From assembly GCA_002189035.1 (NCBI GenBank), contig NEEC01000017.1:310001-374000 (forward strand): a DNA stretch of 64,000 nucleotides, given 5' to 3'. The position numbers were made by a program, and so were the translations under genes. Below, piece after piece: positions 39,682 to 50,606 of this stretch (positions within the stretch are counted from its first letter, which is position 1; every line of letters starts with the position of its first letter). Under the pieces are notes generated by a model. It worked only from the letters and a program-made list of their open reading frames with translations. It was not told where the DNA came from and made no database searches. This stretch comes from Utricularia gibba (Eukaryota; Plantae; Magnoliophyta).

Positions 39682-40841
39682 TTATTAAAAACATTTGTGA
39701 TAATTTAACTATTGATTTAAAAAATATAGTTAATAAAAATATAGTAATTTAAAGAATTCAAAAAAATTTAAAAACCATTCTTAGCTATATAAAAACATGA
39801 AAAAAGTTGAACAAAACAATCATTTACTAAAAAAAATATATATGTAAATTAAACATAATTGCATAATTTAACAATCACCAAACATCAAAGGAATTCTTAT
39901 CAATTTAGTAAAACAGTGGAAAAGAAAAAAATTGTATACCTTGATTTTGTTTTATACAATTTATATTGAGATAAGAATAAAAAGAATGAAAAGCATTTGA
40001 GTAAGAAGAAGAAAAGAAAAAGAGAAAAAAAAAATTTAGGTGAAAAATAAAAAGGTTGGTTCGCATTTATTGTAATTATTTTATTTCTTCAACAAAAAAT
40101 CAAATTAATTGACGTTATCTATGAAATAAACAACGCTCATGCTTTGAGTGTTGCTATCAAGTACGCAACATGTAAAGTATTGTTGTATATTAAATGAGTA
40201 CTGCGTAAAAAAATAATGCAATAATTTTTTTAAAAATAAATTAATATAAATTTTTATAATTCTATTAAAATATAAAATTATATTAATTTAATGTATTTTA
40301 TTATTATATAATATGGAAATTTAATTAATAGTTAGACTTAATTAAAATGTAGTATTTTAGAAATGAAAAGTAAAAATTATGATATTATGTAAATATAATA
40401 AACTTATTATATTTTACAAAACAAAATATGAGATGCTCCATACATTTCCCCACTTTCTCCGGTTGGGTCCTAATCATCGCACAAGTGGCATGGCATGGCA
40501 TGGTATGGTATTGGCTATACAAAGGTGAGTGGGGATAGGTGGGGCCCGCGCCGCCCCGCCCCTCTCAATCTAGAAGGAACAGAAATGAAAACCCGACGAC
40601 ACCCAACACGCTGATGCCTCCCTGCTTTTTAGTCGCGTTGAAGCCAAACCCTTGTCAACTTCTAGAACCCATTTATAAAATCCTTTTTTTTTAATCGTTC
40701 CTTAAAATCATGTACTCTCGTTACGTCTGTGGCCGAAACATCTGCCCACCTGTCCCTTGTCCACCCTCTTCTCCTCCTCCTGTTCCTGCTGGCTGCTATA
40801 TAAAGGTGGAGGTGGAGGCACGAGCATCATCATCCATCGAC

Positions 40842-42733
40842 ATGGCCATTCTTGCTTTAGCTCTATGCACTGTCCTCCTGTGTATCAGTTTGTGGAGATT
40901 CCTCAACTGGGCTTATCTCAGGCCTAAGCGGGTTGAAGCATTCTTGAGGAAGCAGGGGCTTAAGGGGAGCAACTACAGCTTTTTCCATGGAGATTTGAAG
41001 GACTTAGAGGAGTCTATCACAAACGCCGTGGCGAAGCCCATTGGTATCGACGACGATATCAAGCCCAGAGTCGCCGGCGCTCTTCTCAAAACTATTCAGA
41101 CTTACGGTTCGTATCTGTATGCCTGCCTATTTTCTTCTTGCTCTTCTCCTTCTTGAAGTTGGTGCTCGTTGCAGGAAAAGACAGCTTCGTTTGTCTTGGC
41201 ACCAGGCACTCGGTCATCATCAACGACCCTGAGATGGCGAGGGATGTTTTCAACAAGACCCAGGTGTTCAAGAAACCCAACAACTTCAATCCCTCCGCAA
41301 GGCGCCTCTTCAGAGGACTCATAACCTACGAGGGAGATGAATGGGCCAAGCACAGAAAAATACTGAATCCTGCTTTCCATTTGCGCAAGCTCAAGGTGGG
41401 TATTCTTCTTCCTGTCAGCGTGATTGTACCGTACCACCAAGCTTCTGTTGTCTTATGATTTCGCGTGCTGCACAGTTGATGGTGCCAGCCTTTCAGTTGA
41501 GCTGTGAAGAAGTTTTGAGCAAGTGGGAAAGCTGCATGTCGCCCGATGGTTCAGGGGAAGTAGATGTGTGGCCTTATATGCAGATCATAACAAGTGATGC
41601 AATATCAAGAACTGCCTTTGGGAGCAACTACGAACAAGGAAGAAGGATTTTTCAGCTTCAGAGAGAACAGGCCGAGTATGTTCTCAGGGGCGGACAATCG
41701 ATTTACATTCCAGGGACGAGGTAACGATAATTGGATGGATTCTCCCAATTGTTTTGAACTGCAGCAGCTTTTATGTGTGAGTTGATGTTCCCTCATCATG
41801 TCCTGCAGATTCTTGCCAACAAAGAGGAACAGGAGAATGAATGAGATCGAGGCAGAAGTCCAGTCTTTGATCCGGGGCATGATTCATCGCCGCATCAAGG
41901 CGATAGAGACCGGAGAGGCGAGGAACGACGACCTGCTCGGCCTCCTGTTGGAGTCCAACATCCAAGAGATGGCGCAGAGTGGGAACAAGAGCCTTGGGAT
42001 GAGTAGGGATGAGGTGGTGGATGAATGCATGCTTTTCTACATCGCAGGCCAGGAGACGACCTCTGCACTGATCTTGTGGGCTATGGTTTTGCTGAGTAGG
42101 CATCAGGAGTGGCAGCAAAAGGCCAGAGAAGAGGTTCTGAATGTGTTTGGAAATCAGGCACCAGACCATGAAGGCCTGAGTCGCCTCAAAATCGTAAGCA
42201 TTCATTTACAGCACAGGCTCGCTTACCTGAGCCATTTTCGCTCAACATGACTGACCCTGGAGAGATGCCTGACGCAGGTTAATATGATCATATATGAGGT
42301 GCTGAGGCTCTATCCTCCAATAGCTACTCTCGGGCGTACAGCCTACGAGGACATCGACCTGGGGAAAATCACTGTGCCGGCCGGTGTAAATGTCCAATTG
42401 CCGATTATCTTTCTACACCATGATGCCAAAATATGGGGAAAAGATGCCATGCAATTCAATCCAGAGCGGTTTAACGAAGGGGTGAGCAAGGCAATGAAGA
42501 GCAATGGCATATTTTGTCCATTCGGGTGGGGCTCCCATGTATGCATTGGACAAAATTTTGCCATGTTGGAGGCGAAAGTGGTGATCTCCATGATCCTGCA
42601 GCGCTTCTCTTTTGAGCTCTCGCCATCTTACACTCACGCTCCAGTCTCAGTAGTAACAATCCAGCCTCACCACGGAGCTCACTTGACCTTACACAAGCTC
42701 CCTGTTCCAGAGAACTTAGCATTTGCTTCCTAG
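40842..42733 (+). CDS. CYP72A: Cytochrome P450 CYP72A copy 5 (intact ORF, 523 aa; heme motif [10 protein letters not shown])
   Basis: Exons 40842-41106, 41175-41395, 41476-41720, 41809-42193 and 42278-42733, all GT-AG and in frame. TATA box at 40797. Motifs WAKHRK, AGQETT, EVLR and PERF are present. Confidence 0.92.
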
Positions 42734-43014
42734 TTCGGCTTAGATCATAGTAGCAGTTCACTGCATTTGTACAGATTATAATAGATTCTGCCATTTCTAT
42801 TCTTTGTCTGCAGATGTAATAGATTTTGTGCAAAATTTGACAGTCCTCAGTGCTTCAACAGAAAATCAATCCTGCCATCCTCCTTGTATTCCAGAATCAT
42901 TCACCATATTCTACAGTGTACATATCACTAACGGCAGAAGATCCAATCATCAACCATATCCCATCTCAGTTCCTGTGATTGTATCTCTTACAGCGCAATA
43001 TTGAACGATGAGCA

Positions 43015-44399
43015 TCAAATACTAAGCATGTAGGAAGTCTTAGCTTTCTTTCCTATAATGTATTTCCAGGGGTGCTTAAATTTAATCTTATTCTCCAATC
43101 CATCTTCAATGTTCAATGCATCCCGCAACTTGACAAGGCTTGGTTTATGGGGAAGTACCTGGAGATTAGAAGCTGCAGAAGAATAGTCGAGGATGCGAAG
43201 ATGCTGCTCTGTTCCTTTAACAGGATCATACACAATGAAAGTTTCTCGCCAATCATGCATCAATATTTTCCCACCATCCAAATACTTTATGATCTTATAC
43301 TTCCCCATGGACCCTAAAATGCCACTGTGCTCTAAAAATGTGGTCTTGGTTTTAATATCATGAATCTTCCTCCAAGATGAAGATTGCAAGATCCATAACT
43401 CCACATGACCATCATCAGGAGCAACCAGAGAGACACAAAGCGAATTACACAACACTCCGATATTCATCTCCCTTGCTGCAACATTTTCTGTTGGAAGAAC
43501 ATGGATGCTTACTGGGATGTAGGCAATGGGATCACTTGAAATATGCCGGTTTCGAAATCAAATGCACATAGATGCATATCATCTTCGTACCTCCAAAAAA
43601 TTGCCCCATCCACATAAACAATGTCGGTAACTTCTCGAGCCAAGTCCATTTGGAACTTGTCAATTCCGACGCGGCTCCATTGTGTATCCAAAACAGTGCA
43701 AACCTCCGGCCACCAGTGTGAAAGCTCTGCATCACTCTCCGTCTTAAAGCATGCCATTCTTAAAAGCTGATACTTTTGAGTCATCCGAGAAAAACCAAGA
43801 CCTATAAACACATAAAAGCAATCTTCCTCACGATCGGGACAAAGGCAGAGATTGGCGTACTCTCCGGTGACCGGATTGCAGATATAAATACAATTCGCCG
43901 ACTTGACGTGCAAGGCACCACACACTAATCCTTCGCACGAAGTAGCGTTAGCGTTCACGGAGAGGAAATAACTTGAATTGGAGATGAAAGGAGCCAAAAT
44001 TGAAAACCCAGCTCTAGAACTCAGCTTGCATCCTCTCATTCGAGGATCAAGATCCACTACCATCTCGCCTTCAACGAGATGCATGTCTTTGCAAGATCTA
44101 TTGGTACTTTTAGTATAGATGAGCAACGGACTTACCGGTGCTCTGGAAAAATGCCTCGAAGAGAAATTGGGGTGGTCTACGATCGAACACCACAATTTGC
44201 TCACTATTTTGCACTGAAATACTGTTATTGCCGGCACTCGTGAAAGAATTTCTTCAAGAACTGGATCGGGAAGCGAACTAAACTCCGTCGGCCATGCCTC
44301 AATCACCATCTCCATTCCTTCCAGCTCTTCCTTTTCTTCACACCGGAGCTTCCTTTTGAAGAGACTAACAATTGGAAAATCAAGAGTTCTGTTCTCCAT
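43015..44399 (-). CDS. Intronless F-box protein with an F-box-associated (FBA-like) domain, ~461 aa, one 1-nt frameshift
   Basis: F-box FSSLPDPVLEEILSRVP...CKIVSKLWCSIV, with FBA-type motifs SCEGLVC and ICNPVTGEY. ORFs 43509-44399 and 43015-43467 fuse if GGG at 43514-43516 is read as GGGG. Confidence 0.82.
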
Positions 44400-44763
44400 T
44401 CACCGCAAGCTTACTGCCTCTGTATTCTGGGTTGAGAAATGTAAGAAAAAAAGGTGGGGGAGAAGTTTCTTCTGAAGACGACGCCGATGCAGTGGCGATT
44501 ATCGCTTTCGCCAGTTGGGGAATGCTGAAGTGATCTACGGAGAATTCCGAGCATGAAGGGGGCAAACTTCTTAACATTCAACCCAACTGGACGGCCCATT
44601 TGTGCATATCGTCCGGGTCTGTACACAGAAGGCCCAATCCAATTTTGATATCGAATTTCGGGAAACGGGAAATCAAGCCACTAGTTCGACGAACGAGATG
44701 ATGGTCTGAAACTAACGAGCAACGCGAGCTCCGATTTCTCGTTTTTCTGTGAACCGGTTGAAA
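44400..44763. promoter_or_regulatory. Putative bidirectional promoter (F-box / Mpv17) with two site II motifs
   Basis: The divergent start codons are 364 bp apart. GGCCCA occurs at 44593-44598 and 44631-44636 (site II, TGGGCY, on the minus strand). Confidence 0.55.
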
Positions 44764-45832
44764 ATGGGTTCTTTGGGCGCCATCGGAGGTGGGAGCCTAT
44801 GGGGAATGGATCCATTTCGAGATGATATTCGCCGGAGGCGGGAAAAGAAGAGGAGCGGAGAATCCAAATCTTCCACCGGAGGTTCTTCCGGTACAACTGC
44901 AACCGGCTCTTTACTCCAGTTTCCACTCAAGCAAGCGACAACTGCTGCGTTCCTTGCCTTGACGGGAGATACCATTTCGCAGCTTCGCCAGAGATGGGTT
45001 AGGAGCAGAAATTCCTTTTCCGGGTCTGAAGGTTTCCAAGTATGAGCGTCCATCTTCACTTGTCCTTAAAATGCCTTGCTAACACGGTGATGTGGGCTGT
45101 TTTTCCTTCGTGGTTTTTGTCGATACTTAATTCAATCAAGAACATTTTGCAGGTTGTTATAGGCTCACTTTTTTCGGAACATGATTGGATCCGTGCACTT
45201 CGTATGCTATCGTATGGATTTCTTTTATATGGCCCTGGTTCTTATGCGTGGTACAGATTTCTCGATCATCGTATGCCCGAACAGACATTTCTTAATCTTT
45301 CAGTGAAGGTACTTCCAGGGAAATGTGCCTCAGCCATAACCAACGTCTGAGGTCTGTATTTTTTGCACTGCAGGTATTATTGAATCAAACTGTATTGGGC
45401 CCAAGTGTAATTGCAGTTGTGTTTGCTTGGGACCATTTGTGGCAAGGGAAACTTGCTCAGCTTCCTGACAAATACAAGAATGATGCTCTCCCTACTCTGT
45501 TTACTGGTAAGAGAGACCTAGTGTTCCAGGTTACACTCTTTCCCATTGATGTAAAGAGTTAGAACGTTGACACATTATGCATATGAATTCCAGGGTTCCG
45601 CTTCTGGATTCCAGTCAGTGTAATGAATTTTCGGTGCGTCTTTCTTCTTGACGGACTTTTTCATCACTGTTGAATTACTCTGCTTACGTGGAATCTTTGT
45701 TTGAGTTAATCTCTATGAGTTGACGTTATGTAAATGGTATACAGGGTCGTTCCTGTTCAATTCCAAGTAGCCTTCATGTCCATGGCATCTATCTTCTGGA
45801 ACTTCTACTTGTCATCAACCATGAGTAAGTGA
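44764..45832 (+). CDS. Mpv17/PMP22 family membrane protein (230 aa)
   Basis: Exons 44764-45039, 45153-45308, 45374-45506, 45594-45633 and 45745-45832 are in frame. Family motifs include GDTISQL, YGFLLYGPGSYAWY, LNQTVLGP and FWIPVS...NF. Confidence 0.88.
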
Positions 45833-46404
45833 TCCTGCACCACCAGGATCATGTTTCATAAAGACTAGACTTTTAAGCATCGGGTGCTCGCGTCTGAGGG
45901 ACTGGCTTTACAATCTGCACTTCACGGGGCTTCATTTCCTCAATGACCACACTCTTCTGGATGCCTGAGAGGATCATGTTGAGTTTTGCTCAGGCTTCTA
46001 TTCTTCACAATTCCCTTGGAATGTTATCACAGCTATCTTGTTTTTATTTGAGACACGTTGCCCGCTTCAGCAATCAAGAACTTGCAGTTTCTTGATATTC
46101 GTACATCCTCATCGTGACTTCTGATATCCTCATTTGGGCCATTTGGTACTGCAAGCTAAAGTTTAGGGGTGGAAGTTTATGTATAGAAAATATTTATGGA
46201 GAAAGAAACCTTCGACATGGCGGATAGCCAACCACAAAATTCTCATCCTCACCCAAACCAACGCGAGTTTTTCAGAAGAAAACCAAGGAATGAAATAGCA
46301 TGTGGTGCTGCCATTTTCCCCAATCAGTTCCCTTTGTTTTGAGATTTGGGGTGTAGATGTTTTGGTGGGGGTTTCGTATGGTCGTATCCCAGAAATAATG
46401 CGGG

Positions 46405-47334
46405 ATGGGTGGAGGTGAAATCTCTGTACAAACCCATGCTCTCAAACCATCATCACTTGCTCAAGGTCGCTTCTGCTCACGCAGGGGCTCTCCGCCATCT
46501 GCCCACCGCCACCAGGTCTGTCCTGAATCTTGAATCTTTCCCTTGATTCGTTTCGGTTGTCCCCCAACTCTATATTCCTTGTTTTGGCATAGAATCACAT
46601 TTCACTGAGGAACCCGTTTCTCAGCGGCTACTCTCTTCGCAGAAACTCACTCAGATGCACTGCAAGGCCGCGGAGAAATCACGCTGGTAAGATGATTGCT
46701 TTTCGCACGCCCTGTAACTTGCACTGGTTGAAGAATGTTGTGTGAAGTAATTGTAATGGTTTGAGCAGTACTCTCTCCGAGATGCATTTATCCACTGACT
46801 GAGGAGAATGTAGAGAAGGTGCTTGATGAAGTAAGACCAGGATTAATGGCTGATGGAGGTAATGTGGCTCTGCATGAAATTGATGGCCTTGTTGTTGTTC
46901 TCAAGCTCCAGGGTGCTTGTGGGTCTTGCCCCAGTTCAACCATGACTTTGAAAATGGGAATAGAAACTCGTCTTAGGGATAAAATTCCTGAGATCGAGTC
47001 AGTGGAGCAGATAATGGACACGGAAACTGGCCTTGACCTGAATGAAGAAAATGTAGACAAGGTAAAATGGATAAAATCCCGCAACCAATAATACCTCGAA
47101 TTCATGTCCCTTCAGACATCTGAAACTTGCAGATATTTGCAGGTTTTATCGGAGATTCGGCCATATCTCTCGGGAACAGGGGGAGGAGAACTGGAGCTTG
47201 TTGAGATCAACGACTACACCGTGAAAGTCAGGCTTTCAGGGCCAGCTGCCGGAGTCATGACTGTTCGTGTAGCGCTCACACAGAAGTTGAGAGAAAAGAT
47301 ACCTGCCATTGGGGCCGTTCAGTTGGTAGAATGA
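46405..47334 (+). CDS. NFU: Plastid NifU-like Fe-S carrier protein (NFU2/NFU3 type, 229 aa)
   Basis: Exons 46405-46515, 46593-46686, 46769-47061 and 47143-47334. It has a transit-peptide-like N-terminus and two NifU domains; the first has the CxxC motif ([11 protein letters not shown]) and the second is degenerate. Confidence 0.9.
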
Positions 47335-47759
47335 AACCTGATAGGGATGCATTTTGTTCTGTTTTTTGAAGTTAAATGTCAAGCGTTGGAGTGACGTTCT
47401 CCTGGGGGAGTTATCTAAAGCATTTTGCCCTAAGATGTATCACTTTTTTATCTGGAACTAATGAGTACATGGATCCTGCAGCTTAAACCACGGAATCACC
47501 TCCATACAAACAACTAGAAAACAACCAAGACAAACGGCACAGCAGAACAACAATTGAACACCAAATATTCAACTTCAAAAACTTATCACTCGTTGGATAA
47601 TCTAAGAACCTTTAAAGTGTAATACATTATTGCATTTTGGAGGCCACCTGGTTCAATGAGCCTATGACCCTTGTAAGAAGAGATTCCATGAGTTTGTATC
47701 ATCTTGTTCCATGTCAAAGGAGTAGATGGGTTCGGGGACCAAGGTCCAAGAATTGAGGC

Positions 47760-50606
47760 TTATAAATCATCGGTTTCATCGTCTGTTGAGGTTGCGCATT
47801 CAGTAGCATCGGCAAGGGACTCGAGCATCTGTATGACTTCCAGGGAATCATCCAAATAATACTTGGCCTTGCTTGGTTTTTGCCCAACTGTACATGCAAA
47901 CACTTCCGTTTTATAGGAAAGAATCCCTCTAGACACGGCAGTCCCCATAAGTTCAAACATATCCTCATCTGATCTGTCATCACCAATACATAGAACAAAA
48001 TCAGCCTGTTTCACGTTCTCAGTCATTGACGTGAAAACTTTTTCAGCAACTATTCCTTTGCTGACACCCTGCAGCGACAAAAAAGTAATTGAGCATAACA
48101 AAGCATGAGGTCTGTAACAATCGCAGCCTTTATGAGAGAAGAGAAAGGCATCACAAAATCTTTGAGACATACTTGAGGCTTGACTTCTACAATGAACTGC
48201 CCACTCTTCACGGCAACAGGTTCATTTGCCAAAACACTCTCCAAGTGATCCAACATTTCTTTTGCCTGGGAGAAACCAAACCCTGAAGCTGCATCATAGT
48301 AATGCCAAACCAAAGCACTTTCTTTCCTCTCAATGCCTGAACCATCAGTAGCCTCTGTATATGACTTCATAACAGGTTCTGCCATTTCCATCCAGCCAAA
48401 ATCAGAACCTTGGCTATAGGTTTCCCATTCTTCTTGCTGAGGCCACCTGAAAATTCAAAATGCAGGATAGACAAACTAATTAAAGTAAATACTGTAGAAA
48501 TGACTGTGAAAAAGATAGATATCAAATTGAATCTCTAAGTTTCCCTGTTGATCACATGCAGAGTAACCCTAGTATCATGTTCTTTACAAGATTTTACGAA
48601 ATAAGATAAGTATGCATACCTCAAGAAGTAGCCATGCTCTGCAGCAAGCCCCATTTTCTTGCAAGGTTCAAACCATTTGCTTAAGCTGCTCCTTCCCCTT
48701 CCACTCACCATAAAAACTGTGTTTTTGGGATCAGCGCATAAACTGTTCAACAAAGATATCACTTGAGCACTTGGAGTCTTTATAATTGAATTCTGAGACA
48801 TCAGCGTCCCATCATAGTCCAGTAAAATAGCCCTGCTTGTAGAATTTGTGTAAGCAGCGACAATATCATCGGTTGATAGCTTTCTGAAATTAGGATCTAG
48901 AGCCACCACCCTAAATCCAAATCCAAGGCCAATGCCCCAGCATCTCTTTCTGAAATGATCGGCACAAGTTCTTTCCATGTCTTGCAGGAAGCTTCTGGAC
49001 CAATACGCAACATCATGAGTGCTAACATATCGATAATGTTTTTCATGCCTCATCTCTTTCTCCGCTTCAATCATTGATATGGCCTCATGCATAGCCTCAG
49101 ATGTTGACTCAACATTCCATGGATTGATTCGAATTGCACCACTTAGAGAAGGTGAGCATCCAATGAACTCGGAAACCACAAGCATGCTTTTTTTGGGTCC
49201 ACAAACGTTTGAATCTTCACCCAAGCCAGAAATACCTTGCCTGCATACAATGTATTCATAAGGTGTCAGATTCATCCCATCCCTTACAGCAGTCACAACA
49301 ACACATTCTGCAATACTGTAGTATGCCATTCTTTCACTGGTAGACAAAGATCGGTTAATTAAAACAACTGGATCATATCCAGGAGCTCCAAGTTCTTCAT
49401 TGATTCTCTTGCAGCTCTCTTCTATTTCTGCCTGCACATTTTCTAAATCAATACCTTTTCCCCTAGCAGGATTTGCGATCTGCACCAGGACAGCCTTCCC
49501 CGCCAAACTGGATGCCGCTTGAGCATTTCTTCCATAGCTAGTAGCTTCAGATTAATACCTTTAAATATATCCATATCATCAACTCCAAGCAAGACGGTCT
49601 TACCTTCAAACTGGCTCCTTAGTACTTCGACCATTAAATCCTTGTCAGCTTGCCTAATCACTGACTCAATGTGACCCATATGTACACCTACAGGCATAAT
49701 CTTTATTCCAACAGTCCTTCCAAAATAATCCAACCCTATGTAACCCCGTTTTGATTGATACTCTAGGCCCAACATTCGACTACAACAAGAAAGAAAATGA
49801 CGGGCATAATCAAAAGTATGAAAGCCAATAAGGTCCGAGTTGAGTAATGCCTTGAGAATTTCTTCTCTAACAGGGAGAGATCTGTATATCTCAGAAGAAG
49901 GAAATGGACTGTGAAGGAAAAATCCCATTCTCAAACGAACAAAGCGCCGCCTCAAAAAAGTGGGAAGAACCATCAAATGATAGTCATGAATCCAAACAAA
50001 ATCATCCTCAGGGTTAAGGATCTCAATCACTTTCTGTGAAAAAATTTTATTGGCTGACACATAGGCTTCCCACAAGGATCGATCAAATCTACCTCCATGA
50101 TCAGGAGAAAATGGTAGCATGTAGTGAAAAAGTGGCCATAAATGCCTTTTGCAAAACCCATAGTAGAACTTTTCGAGAAGATTAGGAGGCAAAAATGCAG
50201 GAACACATTTAAATTTGTCCAAAAGATAACTTGCTACATCATCCTGCTCGATTGGATCGACATCAACATGTAATGACCCCACGTACAACACCTCCATATC
50301 TTCAGGCAAGCCATCTTTAACCCGCAGGAGCAAGGAATCCTCATTCCAACTAAAACTCCATCCCTTATTATCAGGCCTCCTTTTTGCTTTCAAAGGCAAA
50401 AGATTTGAGACGATAATCATTCGATCCCCCGCTACTGAAGAAGGGTTCTCAGAAGTAACGCTACTAGCTTGCTCATCATCTAACTCAACGATGTTCCCGG
50501 GTACCGTCATTACCCGGGGAAAGCGTTTCCGCTCTTTCTCTCTACCCATTACTGGAAAATTCCCAGATGCTAAATCCAAAAGATTCGTATAAGATCTTGA
50601 CATCAT
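47760..50606 (-). CDS. TPS7: Class II trehalose-6-phosphate synthase/phosphatase, TPS7-like (~856 aa), one 1-nt frameshift
   Basis: Exons 50606-48620, 48446-48173 and 48068-47760. The N-terminus MMSRSYTNLLDLASGNFPVMGRE is typical of TPS7. It has a glycosyltransferase-20 domain and a HAD domain (LLDYDGT, IGDDRSDEDMF). The frame breaks at CCCC 49498-49501; one more C restores WRGKAVLVQ. Confidence 0.93.

Noticed and set aside
31496-39708. Duplicated short ORFs in the LTRs (31496-31684/39199-39486 and 31777-32067/39469-39708)
   Set aside because: They recur only because the LTR is duplicated, and their frames are not preserved between the two LTRs.
43484-43512. Tiny GTAAGC...CAACAG intron that would repair the F-box frameshift
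   Set aside because: It is only about 25 nt, far below workable plant intron size. A one-base homopolymer deletion is simpler.
45631-45745. Arg at the NF-x-VVP position of Mpv17 as a damaging change
   Set aside because: It is a single residue at a splice junction, and I cannot establish that Trp is invariant there.
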